The notes under the pieces: model-generated
The model's database searches: none
Told to the model about the DNA's origin: nothing
The model's input: the letters and a program-made list of their open reading frames with translations, nothing else
Assembly (NCBI GenBank): GCA_965279035.1
Contig: OZ257142.1
Coordinates: 2,432,001-2,496,000, forward strand
Reading direction: 5' to 3'
Source of the DNA: Bacteroidia bacterium
GTDB taxonomy: Bacteria > Bacteroidota > Bacteroidia > M30B66
Length of the DNA: 64,000 nt
Made by a program: the position numbers and the translations under genes
Shown here: piece by piece, positions 21,375 through 31,687 of the stretch
Layout of the letters: each line of letters starts with the position of its first letter
Numbering within the stretch: the first letter of the stretch is position 1

Positions 21375-22145
21375 ATGAATTTGCTACACTCTATGCCGAC
21401 GGCCGTAACTCGTACCGCTCAGCTTAATCCGCACGTTTCAGTAGACTGCGTCATATTTGGTTTTGACGAAGGGGAACTGAAAGTGCTGTTGATCGAACGC
21501 GACCTTGACATCACGGATCAGCGAACCCGTAAATTTTCTTTACCGGGCAACCTGATTGACGATAATGAAGATTTAGATACTTCTGCTAAACGAATATTAA
21601 AAGAGCTCACCAGTTTGGATAATATTTTCTTGGAGCAGTTTTATGCTTTTGGAGATCCCAATCGGGTAAAAAACAGTTCCGATGTGCAATGGTTAAATGC
21701 TGTTCGGGATGTTCCAACAGCTCGTGTAATTACAGTTGCCTATTATTCTTTGGTGAAAATTGGTGATTACCAACCATCAGCTGCATCCTTTGCACGTAAG
21801 GCTTTTTGGTGCCCTGTTTCTCAAGTTCCTGAATTGGCTTTCGATCATAATCAGATATTCAATCAGGCATTACTAAGTTTGAAAACCAAGCTTCGTATTC
21901 AACCCATTGGATTTGAGTTATTACCAGATAAATTTAGTTTAGGACAATTGCAGAAAGTGTATGAAACAATATTAGGTACAACACTCGATAAGCGTAACTT
22001 CCGCCGCAAAATTCTCAACAAAGGATTCCTTAAAGCTTTACAAGAAAAGCAGAAAGGTGTACCACACAAACGAGCTCGATTATTTGAGTTTGACAAAGAA
22101 GCATACGACCGACTCAAGGCCGATAAATTTTACTTCGAATTCTAA
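21375..22145 (+). CDS. NrtR/AraR-family regulator (Nudix-like sensor plus winged HTH)
   Basis: SVDCVIFG, LEQFYAFG.PNR, LAFDH, FELLPDKF and DKRNFRRK motifs. Confidence 0.92.
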   Translation: MNLLHSMPTAVTRTAQLNPHVSVDCVIFGFDEGELKVLLIERDLDITDQRTRKFSLPGNLIDDNEDLDTSAKRILKELTSLDNIFLEQFYAFGDPNRVKNSSDVQWLNAVRDVPTARVITVAYYSLVKIGDYQPSAASFARKAFWCPVSQVPELAFDHNQIFNQALLSLKTKLRIQPIGFELLPDKFSLGQLQKVYETILGTTLDKRNFRRKILNKGFLKALQEKQKGVPHKRARLFEFDKEAYDRLKADKFYFEF

Positions 22146-22150
22146 TAAAT

Positions 22151-22182
22151 ATCCCCGACTCGATCAGTCGGGGATTTTTTTT
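22151..22182. terminator. Bidirectional terminator between convergent genes
   Basis: ATCCCCGACT-CGATC-AGTCGGGGAT followed by a T-run. Confidence 0.8.
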
Positions 22183-24547
22183 ATTCGTTTACTAATTGAA
22201 TTCTTGAGTAATGTGTTCCGAATTGATTGGAAATCTCGATCAAATAAACACCTTGTGATTTGCCTACTAAATCATCTAAAATAATTGTTCCAGCTTGAAT
22301 GAATTTCTTTTCTGTAACGATTGCTCCCGTTGAAGTTCGAATGATGAGATGATCAATTTGAACATCAGAATGAAGTTGAAAATTTCCTGAAGTTGGATTT
22401 GGAAAAAGAATTATTGGCGAAAGTGAAATACTTGCTTCTATTCCAACATTAGTAACGTTTACAGTTGTAAAAGCAGTATCAGCACCACAGGCATTACTAA
22501 CAATTAAACGAATAATGTATTGACCAGGACTGGGATAAGTAAAACTAACATCACCCGCAGTAGTATTATCTACCGAACCGTTATTTTGGAAATCCCAAGC
22601 ATAATATGCAGTAAGAGTGCTTGCATTAGTAAAGTTTACAGTCAAACCATTTTGTTGCGTTGTGAAAGATGCAGTTGGACTTATGTTTTCTGTTACAGTA
22701 ATTTGATCTGATGCTGAACAACCAGCAGTATTGGTTACCGTTAATTCATAGGTGCCTGCAACTGCTGTCGTAAATGTTTGAGTTGTTGCACCATTTGACC
22801 AATGATATGAAGCAAATCCTCCTGTTGACACAATAAAAACAGGTTGATTATTACAACTTGTTTTGTCGGGACCGAGATTAAGAATGGGATTTGGAGAAGT
22901 GATCACAGCAATCGTATCATTTACTGAACAACCCAATTGACTGCTCATACTCACCCAATAAGTACCTGGCGTTGTGACCATAATGCTTGCAGTACTTTCG
23001 CCCGTTGACCAAAGAATTGAATCGTAACCGCTTGTTTGAATCGTAGCTGTAAGTCCTGCAAATGGGGAATAAGGAGGATTTTGAGAAAGACTTAGAAAAA
23101 TATCATTTCCATTTTCATCTTTACCTGTTGATGTTCCAGTTGCATTTCGAAATACCATGAATAGACCGTTCACCGATGAATCTGGATTGATTCCATAATA
23201 ATCGTAAACATTGATTGTAATGGACCAAAGATCTTCCCCAATGTTAGTCATTTCGCCCAATCCATCGTTCACACCCCAATTACCTACCCATGGGCTAACA
23301 GGTCCACCCATTGGTGCATATTCGAAACTAGAATGCATATAAACACTGTTCGATCCGCTCAGATCAGATTGACCTTGTGTGGCATCATAGACAATGGTTA
23401 ATGAATCTCCCAAAGGGGTGATTTTTACACCCGGAAATAATTCAAGAGGTGCACCACCGCATATTGTACCCGTTACACCTAGGTCAATTGGAGCTAAAGT
23501 AAGTTCAGAAATAGTGATAGAATCTCGATGTGATTCTGCACCAATAGTAGCTTCTAGCCAATATGTACCAGGCGTATTGACAAATAAAGTTGAAGCAGTT
23601 GAACTATCCGACCATAAATAGGAATCGAAAGTACCAGCAGTTTGCAAGGTATCCTGAATGTTTCCGGGACAAGAAAGGATATCATCACCCAAACCAAACG
23701 AAAGAAATGGATCTACAACACCGTATAGAAAATTATAACCATCATCGTTTAAGAAATCGAGTGTGAGCAAATCGTAGTTAGAGGTTGGATTATCGATCGT
23801 AGTTGAAAAGTAATAATAAGAAACAGCTAATCCAGCCGCAAAGCCCGGAATAGTCGCTGTACCCGTGGTACCTACAACCGAAACAGGAATGATGTGGCTT
23901 GTTGCGTAATAATCGGTGCTATAACGTAAATAAAATTTCTCTTCGGGTGAAGGTATTGCGCTAAGAAGAAGAGTTGCAGTAACAGGAGTTTGAGGACCAA
24001 CTGTTGTTCCGATTATGTTAATAGATTGACTAAGAAGCGAAACGGGTTCATTACTAGTTTCCATGAAAATGGCTCGGTTTGCTTGGTAGCCTATGTCTTG
24101 CCAATTCATGGTGTACACTTTATTGTTTTGTACAGTGATACTATTATCTGCTCCAGTATTGTATTGATAAGATTGCAATGAATCAATGATGACGTTAACT
24201 CCTGCCCATTTGTTGGCAAAAGGAGTAGCATTAGGTCCTGATGTAAATAAGAAACTATACGTCCCAGCCGAAGTATCAGCATTGGAATTGGCAATGTGGA
24301 TTCGGGTTTGCCAGCGACGTGTGCCGGTGTTTATGGGATGAACGGTGCCGAGAGCTTGGGTTGAACTTCCGTAAACCGATCCTGTTGTTGGTGGATTAAC
24401 AAAACTGTTCCATTGTCCGGGAAGATTTAATCCTTCGAGTTCGTATATCTGAGCATTGACCAATGAAAATGAAGTGCTCAAACACAGAAATAAAAGTAAT
24501 TTGAAACTGTTCAGAATTCCTGAACGATAAGCATAACGGTGTTGCAT
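22181..24547 (-). CDS. Secreted T9SS protein with PKD domain and putative alpha-glucan-binding modules; no catalytic domain recognised
   Basis: Signal peptide; YLWS/YHWSNG Ig-like repeats; VYMHS...GNWG..DG.G.M...W...LFMVFRN module; PKD motif (FTNAS...WDF...YPSPGQY); FPNP CTD. Confidence 0.75.
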   Translation of the reverse strand: MQHRYAYRSGILNSFKLLLFLCLSTSFSLVNAQIYELEGLNLPGQWNSFVNPPTTGSVYGSSTQALGTVHPINTGTRRWQTRIHIANSNADTSAGTYSFLFTSGPNATPFANKWAGVNVIIDSLQSYQYNTGADNSITVQNNKVYTMNWQDIGYQANRAIFMETSNEPVSLLSQSINIIGTTVGPQTPVTATLLLSAIPSPEEKFYLRYSTDYYATSHIIPVSVVGTTGTATIPGFAAGLAVSYYYFSTTIDNPTSNYDLLTLDFLNDDGYNFLYGVVDPFLSFGLGDDILSCPGNIQDTLQTAGTFDSYLWSDSSTASTLFVNTPGTYWLEATIGAESHRDSITISELTLAPIDLGVTGTICGGAPLELFPGVKITPLGDSLTIVYDATQGQSDLSGSNSVYMHSSFEYAPMGGPVSPWVGNWGVNDGLGEMTNIGEDLWSITINVYDYYGINPDSSVNGLFMVFRNATGTSTGKDENGNDIFLSLSQNPPYSPFAGLTATIQTSGYDSILWSTGESTASIMVTTPGTYWVSMSSQLGCSVNDTIAVITSPNPILNLGPDKTSCNNQPVFIVSTGGFASYHWSNGATTQTFTTAVAGTYELTVTNTAGCSASDQITVTENISPTASFTTQQNGLTVNFTNASTLTAYYAWDFQNNGSVDNTTAGDVSFTYPSPGQYIIRLIVSNACGADTAFTTVNVTNVGIEASISLSPIILFPNPTSGNFQLHSDVQIDHLIIRTSTGAIVTEKKFIQAGTIILDDLVGKSQGVYLIEISNQFGTHYSRIQLVNE

Positions 24548-24578
24548 AAACTCCGTAGTTTAGGGTTATTAAAACGAA

Positions 24579-24599
24579 TGAGTGTCAAAAATACACTTT
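24579..24599. promoter_or_regulatory. Candidate NrtR operator overlapping the -7 promoter element (TATTTTTG, 24586-24593, minus strand) of the T9SS/PKD gene
   Basis: TGAGTGT-CAAAAAT-ACACTTT. Confidence 0.7.
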
Positions 24600-24655
24600 A
24601 ATAGGACATCTGATTAATCAATTCAACTTGATTTCAGCTGCTAAATTAAATTACA

Positions 24656-25054
24656 ATGGAAATAAACCTCACTACTCCCGCCCTGCTCTTTCCAGCAATT
24701 TCTTTGTTATTACTGGCTTATACAAATCGATTTCTTGCAATTGCCAATTTAATTCGAGGCTTGAAAAAACAATATGAACATGAGCACGATTCGAATCTAT
24801 TGGAGCAAATTATAAATCTTCAAAAACGTATTATACTAATTCGAAATATGCAGGCAGCGGGAATAGCAAGTATTATGTGTTGTATGCTGTGTATGTTCGA
24901 ATTGTATTTAGGCTATCAGCTTTCGGCAAAATTCCTCTTCGGTATTAGTTTGATCTTGATGATGATATCACTTTTCTTGTCATTTCGTGAAACGATGATT
25001 TCTGTTCATGCCTTGAATCTCGAACTAAAACAATTACTAAAAAGTAAAAGTTAA
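24656..25054 (+). CDS. Small membrane protein (DUF2721-like)
   Basis: TPALLFPAISLLLLAYTNRF N-terminus; three hydrophobic segments. Confidence 0.8.
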   Translation: MEINLTTPALLFPAISLLLLAYTNRFLAIANLIRGLKKQYEHEHDSNLLEQIINLQKRIILIRNMQAAGIASIMCCMLCMFELYLGYQLSAKFLFGISLILMMISLFLSFRETMISVHALNLELKQLLKSKS

Positions 25055-25099
25055 ACTTCCGATAAACAGTATATGATGCAGATTATGAACGAAATAAAA

Positions 25100-27538
25100 T
25101 CATTTCAATAATTCCATTCGGGCAGGTAATTTCACAAGTGCAAACTTGCCAATTTCGATAAAACGTTTAATCCAATCAAGCTTATTGCTTTGTTGCTTGA
25201 ATCGAAGTAACTCCGTGTTTTCGAGAAGCATTTTCCCTTTCGAGAAGAAATCATTTTGAAATTCTACCAAATCGGGTTCAATATCGAGTGTTTTTAAAAC
25301 CTCGAAAATCTGCACCAGCGAATCCAAGGTCTTTAAATCAGAATCATCGTATTTTAATGTTCTGAGCATTTGAAGCAATTTATTACTTGCTGCAAATCCA
25401 ATAGTGGTTTTATCTAGCTCAACTTCCCATTTCTGAGCATCACTTGCCAATTGATTTAATCGTGAAGTATTAACAAGTCCATTTTCGAATACATGCCGCA
25501 AATCGGTATTGATTACATTTTCCAAATTCTTTATCAATACAGGCGGAATAGGCAATCGAGCATCACTCATTACTGTCATGATGTTGTAATTCCGATTGAA
25601 AATACTTCGGAACGAATCTTCCGCTTGCAAAACATCTTTTTGAATAATCTGATTCAATACTTTACGTTGTTCATCCTTGAACAAATTCCATAAAGAAAAC
25701 TTCTCTGGACCAAAGTAAATCTGCATGATACCAATCACCTCGGCTACATTACTCTCTTGAAATGCCAGCGTGATTTCTTTCTGCATTTGAGCATAATCTT
25801 CCTCCTCAATAAAACTACTTGAATTGCCAATGATGTGGTTTTGTCCAAGCCAGATTACAGCAAAATAGAACTTCTTTACACTGTATGTAATCAAAGAATT
25901 AACGGTTGTTTTGCCAATTGCAACGCGCAAAGAACCAGCATCTAAACGTAAATAATGATCATTGCTAGCTCGGTAGTTACATATTTGAAGATTCTCAGGA
26001 ACTTCTTCGAATAAAGAAGCTACGGCATAATGAGAACCAACGCGCGACAAGGTTAATCGTGAAGGTTGAACGAATTTTTTATGAATGATAGCTCCATTTT
26101 GATAAGCAGGAACATTGCTTGGAGCGGTTTTCAAACGTTGAAGAAACTCTTTTTCCAATACAATACTACTTTCGCTTTCAGCTAACTGAATGGCTCGATC
26201 GGCATACTGCAAAATTTGGGTGGTTTCAATGCCCGATATCTCATCGAAAAACCAACCACAACTTGTATACATTAACATAGCATGGCGCTGCATTTCGAGC
26301 ATGCGCATCACACGTGTTTTATGATCGCCTTCGGGAATCATGCGACAATGTTCAGAAAGAAACTGGTTTACCGATTTATCGCTTCGATCTAATACAATGG
26401 AGATATAGGCGTTTCGTGCAGTCCAAGGATCTTGCATGTAACGACTTAACTCCTTTTCATAAACAATTGAAAGTTGATCACGCAACCAATTTAAGGAATC
26501 TCTCAAAGGCGCTCTCCATGCTTGATTCCATTCGGGATTCATGCCTGAACTACAACCACAATCGGCTTTCCAGCGCTCAACTCCATGCACACAACTCCAG
26601 GAACTATTTTCGAAAATTTCTACTTCCCATTCAGCTGGAACGAGATCTAAAAACTGACCATAATTGGTAATACTGGCTAAGTTGTTTTGTTCAATATAGT
26701 CGATGCAATAAGCTAAAGCCATATCTCCGCGAAGGTGATGATGCCCATAACTTTCTCCATCAGTAGCTACATGAATTAAACGCTTTCCTTCACCTGAATT
26801 CAATTCACACAAGCGAGTTGCAAATTCTTTCCCATCGATCAACAATCCTTTAAAGGCAATGTCTTGAGAGATGTTTCCATCATAAAAGAACAATACGATG
26901 GATTTTCCAGAAGGAAGTTTACAGATATAGGGTTTTGTGGAGTCAATCCGTTCTCCTGAAACATCGGTCCAATCGGAATTTGGTGCTTTCACTTTAGATG
27001 CCTGACGCGGAGCTAAAATGGTAAAACGTATTTCGTTTTCGGCTAAGACCTCTAACGTTTCAGTATCAACAGCAGTTTCGGCTAGCCACATTCCCTCAGG
27101 CTTGCGATCAAAACGTGATTCAAAATCACGAATTCCCCAAATCACTTGGCTTTCCTTATCGCGTCGATTAGCTAAAGGCATGATCAAATGGTTGTACACT
27201 TGAGCCAAGGCATTTCCGTGACCACCAAAGTTTTTTCGGCTTACTCGATCAGCTTCCAAAACCCGCTGATAAGCAGCAGGAGTATGTTGCTCCATCCACT
27301 GCAATAGTGTAGGACCAAAATTGAAACTGATCTTTTCGTAATTATTTACAATGTTGATGATTGATTGTTCATCATCTAAAATGCGAGATGTTCCATTGGG
27401 ACCATAACATTCATGAGCAATGCGTTCATTCCAGTCGTGGTAAGGATATGCTGAATCTTGCTGTTCTATGACTTCTAACCAAGCATTTTCACGAGGCGGC
27501 TGATAAAAATGGCCATGAATACAGACATATTTCTCCAT
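25100..27538 (-). CDS. GH57 family glycoside hydrolase with DUF3536 C-terminal region
   Basis: HGHFYQPPRE, YNHLI.PL, GMWLAETA, ATDGESYGHH, SSWSC.HGVERW and MYTSCGWFF motifs. Confidence 0.9.
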   Translation of the reverse strand: MEKYVCIHGHFYQPPRENAWLEVIEQQDSAYPYHDWNERIAHECYGPNGTSRILDDEQSIINIVNNYEKISFNFGPTLLQWMEQHTPAAYQRVLEADRVSRKNFGGHGNALAQVYNHLIMPLANRRDKESQVIWGIRDFESRFDRKPEGMWLAETAVDTETLEVLAENEIRFTILAPRQASKVKAPNSDWTDVSGERIDSTKPYICKLPSGKSIVLFFYDGNISQDIAFKGLLIDGKEFATRLCELNSGEGKRLIHVATDGESYGHHHLRGDMALAYCIDYIEQNNLASITNYGQFLDLVPAEWEVEIFENSSWSCVHGVERWKADCGCSSGMNPEWNQAWRAPLRDSLNWLRDQLSIVYEKELSRYMQDPWTARNAYISIVLDRSDKSVNQFLSEHCRMIPEGDHKTRVMRMLEMQRHAMLMYTSCGWFFDEISGIETTQILQYADRAIQLAESESSIVLEKEFLQRLKTAPSNVPAYQNGAIIHKKFVQPSRLTLSRVGSHYAVASLFEEVPENLQICNYRASNDHYLRLDAGSLRVAIGKTTVNSLITYSVKKFYFAVIWLGQNHIIGNSSSFIEEEDYAQMQKEITLAFQESNVAEVIGIMQIYFGPEKFSLWNLFKDEQRKVLNQIIQKDVLQAEDSFRSIFNRNYNIMTVMSDARLPIPPVLIKNLENVINTDLRHVFENGLVNTSRLNQLASDAQKWEVELDKTTIGFAASNKLLQMLRTLKYDDSDLKTLDSLVQIFEVLKTLDIEPDLVEFQNDFFSKGKMLLENTELLRFKQQSNKLDWIKRFIEIGKFALVKLPARMELLK

Positions 27539-27606
27539 ATGTAATGTTAATTCTAAAAATGCGTAAAGCCGTTTTGAAATTTTAGAAAGGAGGGCAATGT
27601 TAGGGA

Positions 27607-27627
27607 AATTTGTCTAAATGACACTTT
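27607..27627. promoter_or_regulatory. Weaker candidate NrtR operator upstream of GH57
   Basis: Minus strand AAAGTGT-CATTTAG-ACAAATT (one core mismatch). Confidence 0.5.
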
Positions 27628-27813
27628 GAAACCATTCCTCAGAACTTCAAAAGAACCAAATTGTGGATAAAATCTTGAAGATATCCAGCTTTTTTCAATC
27701 CTTGAAATCGTTTATTTTCAAGCCATACAACTACAAAACACGCAGTTTCAAGTCCTTGCTAATAGTTCATTTTTTCTGTTCAAAACTTCATAACATTCGC
27801 GGTCTTTATTTGT

Positions 27814-27821
27814 TAGTTTTG
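27814..27821 (+). promoter_or_regulatory. Bacteroidota -7 element (TAGTTTTG) for the TPR operon
   Basis: TAnnTTTG match about 24 nt upstream of the ATG. Confidence 0.55.
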
Positions 27822-27844
27822 CAGAAACCAATTCATGGCGGAGT

Positions 27845-29254
27845 ATGAATGAATTTTCAGAAGAAAATGAGAATCCGGAATTCGCTGTTAAACGGTTCGA
27901 ACGCATGCTGCGTCTCAATGAACAATATTATTTTGAGCGTGATGACCTTGAAAACATCGTAGAATTTTACATTCACGAAAATCATCATCAAAAAGCACTG
28001 AAAGCCATCAAGTTCGCTTCAGGACAATATCCCGATTCAACCTATTTCATTCTTAGAAAATCTCAACTCATGTCGGCCGAAGGGCATTATGAGGATGCAT
28101 TAAAACTGCTTAATGAGATTGAAATATTCGAACCAGGAAATCCCGAAATATTTGTCACGCGTGGTGGAATTTATGCCATGCTTGGACGACCTTCTGAAGC
28201 TATTGAGGCGTATAAAGCAGCATTACGAATTGACCGTCGTATTGAAGAAATTTACTTATTCATCGCGTTCGAATTTCAGAATCAGAGTAAATACGGGAAA
28301 GCAGCACGCTACTTACGTCGCTGTTTGAAGTTAAATCCTGAGAACGAATCGGCTTTATATGAAATGTCGTTTTGCTTTGATGTAACCAATAAATTCACTG
28401 AAGGCATTCGATTTTTCAATGGATTTTTGGATGAACAACCTTATGCAAAAGTGGCTTGGTATGCTTTAGGACATTTATATAGTAAGCAACAAAACTATTT
28501 AAAAGCCATTGAAGCATTTGATTATGCTACTGTTATTGACGAAACCTTTGCCAGCGCTTGGTTTAATAAAGGAAATTGTCAAGCTGCTACCGAACAATAC
28601 GAAGAGGCGATTGAGTCATACAAAGAGATTTTTAAATTAGAAGAGCCCGATGCCATGACATTTCTCTATATCGGAGAGTGTTATGAGAATTTGGATAAAT
28701 ATCCCGAAGCGCTAAAATACTATCAACGAGCATCTGCTTTGGATGAGTTTTTACCGGATGCATGGATAGGAATTGGTGTAGTTCTCGATTTTATGGATCG
28801 AAGTAATGAATCACTTTCCTATGTGAAGAAAGGCATCAATCTCGATCCAACACGCGGAACATTTTGGTTTATTTTGGGTGATCTTCAGTTGAAAATGGGA
28901 TTTGTGAATGAAGCCGAAGAATCCTATACGAAAGTGTTGGAATTTGAACCAGAGAATGAAGATATCTGGGTTTTCATGAGCAATTTGTTATTAGAACAAA
29001 ATCGTGCAGAAGAAGCAAAAAGCATAATGGCTGAGTGCTTTAAATATCATCCAGGAAATGCACGATTAACTTATCAATCTTGTGAAGTTGAGTTACACAA
29101 TGGCAATACACAAGAAGCATTGATCTTAGCAGAAATTGCAATTTCAGAAGATGCTGCCATGGGAATATTGATGTTAGAAGAATTGCCACGATTTGGAATG
29201 AACGCTGATATTCAGCGACTTGTTGAACGTTATAGAGATCAAGAAAAGAAATGA
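27845..29254 (+). CDS. Tetratricopeptide repeat protein
   Basis: Multiple TPR helix pairs (AWYALG, AWFNKG, AWIGIG). Confidence 0.9.
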   Translation: MNEFSEENENPEFAVKRFERMLRLNEQYYFERDDLENIVEFYIHENHHQKALKAIKFASGQYPDSTYFILRKSQLMSAEGHYEDALKLLNEIEIFEPGNPEIFVTRGGIYAMLGRPSEAIEAYKAALRIDRRIEEIYLFIAFEFQNQSKYGKAARYLRRCLKLNPENESALYEMSFCFDVTNKFTEGIRFFNGFLDEQPYAKVAWYALGHLYSKQQNYLKAIEAFDYATVIDETFASAWFNKGNCQAATEQYEEAIESYKEIFKLEEPDAMTFLYIGECYENLDKYPEALKYYQRASALDEFLPDAWIGIGVVLDFMDRSNESLSYVKKGINLDPTRGTFWFILGDLQLKMGFVNEAEESYTKVLEFEPENEDIWVFMSNLLLEQNRAEEAKSIMAECFKYHPGNARLTYQSCEVELHNGNTQEALILAEIAISEDAAMGILMLEELPRFGMNADIQRLVERYRDQEKK

Positions 29255-30039
29255 ATTCACTATTACCTTATTTGCCTGAGCGCAGCGAACAGCCCCGTGA
29301 ATCGGGAGTTACTATGATGATGGATAAAGGGCTGAGTTTTCGTCAAGCAGAAGATTTCATCACCCATTCTGGACATTTAGCCGATGTGATTAAACTCGGA
29401 TTTGGAACGTCCATCGTTGCTCGAAATGTGAAAGAAAAGATTAAACTTTATCGTGATGCTGGTTTACGTGTGTATGTTGGTGGAACATTATTCGAAGCTT
29501 TTATTATTCGTAACAAGTTTGATGATTACCGAAAATATATCGACAATTTAGGTTTAGATACCTGCGAAGTATCAGATGGATCAATTGTTTTAGATCATAG
29601 CAAGAAGTGCGATTATATTGCAAAATTGGCTAAAGATTACCGTGTGCTTTCGGAAGTTGGATCGAAGGAAGCTGGAATTTTAATTGCTCCAGCAAAATGG
29701 ATTTCGATGATGAAATCGGAATTAGAAGCGGGTTCTTGGAAAGTAATTGCAGAAGCACGTGAAGCTGGAAATGTAGGAATCTATCGACCAAATGGAACAG
29801 CTCACGTTGTTTTAGTAAACCGAATTCTTTCAAAAATTCCTTCTGATAAAATTTTGTGGGAAGCTCCTGCAAAATCACAACAAGCTTGGTTTATCAAACA
29901 CATTGGAGCAAATGTGAATTTGGGAAATATCGCTCACGATGATGTCATTCCTTTGGAAACATTGCGTCTTGGATTACGTGGTGATACCTTTTTCCAATTT
30001 CTTCCTGAAGAATTTCACAAACTCAAACAAACTGTATAA
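29251..30039 (+). CDS. comA: Phosphosulfolactate synthase (ComA family)
   Basis: R..PR..G.TM..DKG, KLGFGTS, GGTLFE, EVSDG, SEVGSK, EAP and LETLRLGLRGDT motifs. Confidence 0.9.
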   Translation: MNSLLPYLPERSEQPRESGVTMMMDKGLSFRQAEDFITHSGHLADVIKLGFGTSIVARNVKEKIKLYRDAGLRVYVGGTLFEAFIIRNKFDDYRKYIDNLGLDTCEVSDGSIVLDHSKKCDYIAKLAKDYRVLSEVGSKEAGILIAPAKWISMMKSELEAGSWKVIAEAREAGNVGIYRPNGTAHVVLVNRILSKIPSDKILWEAPAKSQQAWFIKHIGANVNLGNIAHDDVIPLETLRLGLRGDTFFQFLPEEFHKLKQTV

Positions 30040-30041
30040 TC

Positions 30042-30356
30042 ATGAAGGAAATCTCCGTTTCCGATCTGAAAAACTGGCGCGATCAAGGCAAAGAACATCA
30101 ACTCATCGATGTGCGTGAAGAATACGAATACGAAGCTGCCAATATCCAAGGCGAACTCATTCCCATGGGAAGCATTCCTTCTCGTTTAGAAGACATTAGA
30201 AAAGATATTCCAGTTATCCTACAATGTAAATCAGGAAGTCGTTCTGCAAATATTTGTCGATATCTTGAGCAACAAGGGTTTGATAATGTTTACAATTTAA
30301 CTGGAGGCATTTTTGCCTGGATTGATCAAATTGATCCAACCATGAATAAGTACTGA
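30042..30356 (+). CDS. Single-domain rhodanese-like sulfurtransferase
   Basis: LIDVRE, CKSGSRS and NLTGGI motifs. Confidence 0.9.
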   Translation: MKEISVSDLKNWRDQGKEHQLIDVREEYEYEAANIQGELIPMGSIPSRLEDIRKDIPVILQCKSGSRSANICRYLEQQGFDNVYNLTGGIFAWIDQIDPTMNKY

Positions 30357-30359
30357 ACA

Positions 30360-31148
30360 ATGCGTCAATACGGACTTATTGGTCAAACACTTACTCATAC
30401 CTTCTCCCCTGCTTGGTTTGCCGAAAAATTCCGGAAAGAAGGAATTCTCGATGCTCAATACGATGCATTTGAACTTAAAAGTATCGATGACTTACCTCGC
30501 TTATTAATAAAAACCCCGAACATCAAAGGGTTTAACGTGACTATTCCTTATAAGACATCGGTTTGTGGGTATTTGGACGAATTGTATGGACCAGCGGCTG
30601 GACTTCAAGTAGTTAATACTGTAGTTGTTGAAGTAGCAGAAGAGGCCTTTCCAGGACAGAAAATTCCTGGCTTTCGATTAAAAGGGTTCAATACTGATAT
30701 TTTCGGATTTAAAGAATCGATCAAGCCATTGATGCGCCCTTGGTTTGAACGAGCATTGATTTTAGGAACTGGCGCAAGTGCATCTTCTGTAGCTTATGTA
30801 CTTTATAAATTAGGAGTTGATACTTTATTTGTAAGTCGAGAACCAGAAGGAGAACAAGAAATTGCATGGGCAGATGTGAATGAACATGTGATGCATTTTC
30901 ATCCTTTGATCATCAATACAACACCCATTGGGCAATTTCCTGATGTATTGAATTCACCCCAAATTCCTTATAGTAAATTAACCGATCAACATTTAGTGTA
31001 CGATCTGGTTTACAATCCAAGTGAAACAGAATTTCTAAAAAAGGCAAGAGAAGCTGGCGCGATGATTCACAATGGACAATCGATGTTAGAAATGCAAGCT
31101 GAACAAAGTTGGAAAACTTGGCAAAATGCAGAAATGGGAAAGTCTTAA
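30360..31148 (+). CDS. aroE: Shikimate dehydrogenase
   Basis: NVTIPYK, VNT, NTD..GF, LGTG, INTTP and DLVYNP motifs. Confidence 0.9.
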   Translation: MRQYGLIGQTLTHTFSPAWFAEKFRKEGILDAQYDAFELKSIDDLPRLLIKTPNIKGFNVTIPYKTSVCGYLDELYGPAAGLQVVNTVVVEVAEEAFPGQKIPGFRLKGFNTDIFGFKESIKPLMRPWFERALILGTGASASSVAYVLYKLGVDTLFVSREPEGEQEIAWADVNEHVMHFHPLIINTTPIGQFPDVLNSPQIPYSKLTDQHLVYDLVYNPSETEFLKKAREAGAMIHNGQSMLEMQAEQSWKTWQNAEMGKS

Positions 31149-31687
31149 TTCCCTAAACGTGCTTCCACTTGAATTTTAATACTTGCCGACATTTCAATGG
31201 GATCAGGTAATATTTGAAGATCGTTTCTACCATAAAACGCAAAGCTAAGATCACCTTGTTTGAAATACTCTTTCAAGTCAACATCAAAGGGTGTAATGCT
31301 TGTACTCGTTTGTGTATAGGTATCAGGTAAATCTATTGAGGCAAAAATCACGTTGCCTGCACCTTGATTGCTTAATCGTACTTCTAATTTTTTAAAATAA
31401 TCCAATGTCTTATTCGGACTAACTACCGAAAGTGTGATGGAAGTTACTTTTACTGACTTTAAGTTATTAATTGTAAAACCATTATCTGCCAAGTAATTCA
31501 CGATATCAGTTTGAACATCTTTCGTTCCTAGTTCATAGTCTCCAGTAGTTGAAGTGGTATCAACAATGAAATTCATACTTGCATACTCCTTTTCGTAACT
31601 CAAAGGTTTTGCAGATTTTTTACAAGCAGAAATTGAAAGGAATATGATGAAAGCAGAAAATAACAAACGTGCATTGAGCAATTGCAT
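31145..31687 (-). CDS. Hypothetical lipoprotein
   Basis: Lipobox ISAC; beta-rich mature region. Confidence 0.7.
   Translation of the reverse strand: MQLLNARLLFSAFIIFLSISACKKSAKPLSYEKEYASMNFIVDTTSTTGDYELGTKDVQTDIVNYLADNGFTINNLKSVKVTSITLSVVSPNKTLDYFKKLEVRLSNQGAGNVIFASIDLPDTYTQTSTSITPFDVDLKEYFKQGDLSFAFYGRNDLQILPDPIEMSASIKIQVEARLGN

Noticed and set aside
27663-27848. 61-aa ORF before the TPR gene
   Set aside because: GTG start, no recognisable motif, and it covers the TPR promoter region.
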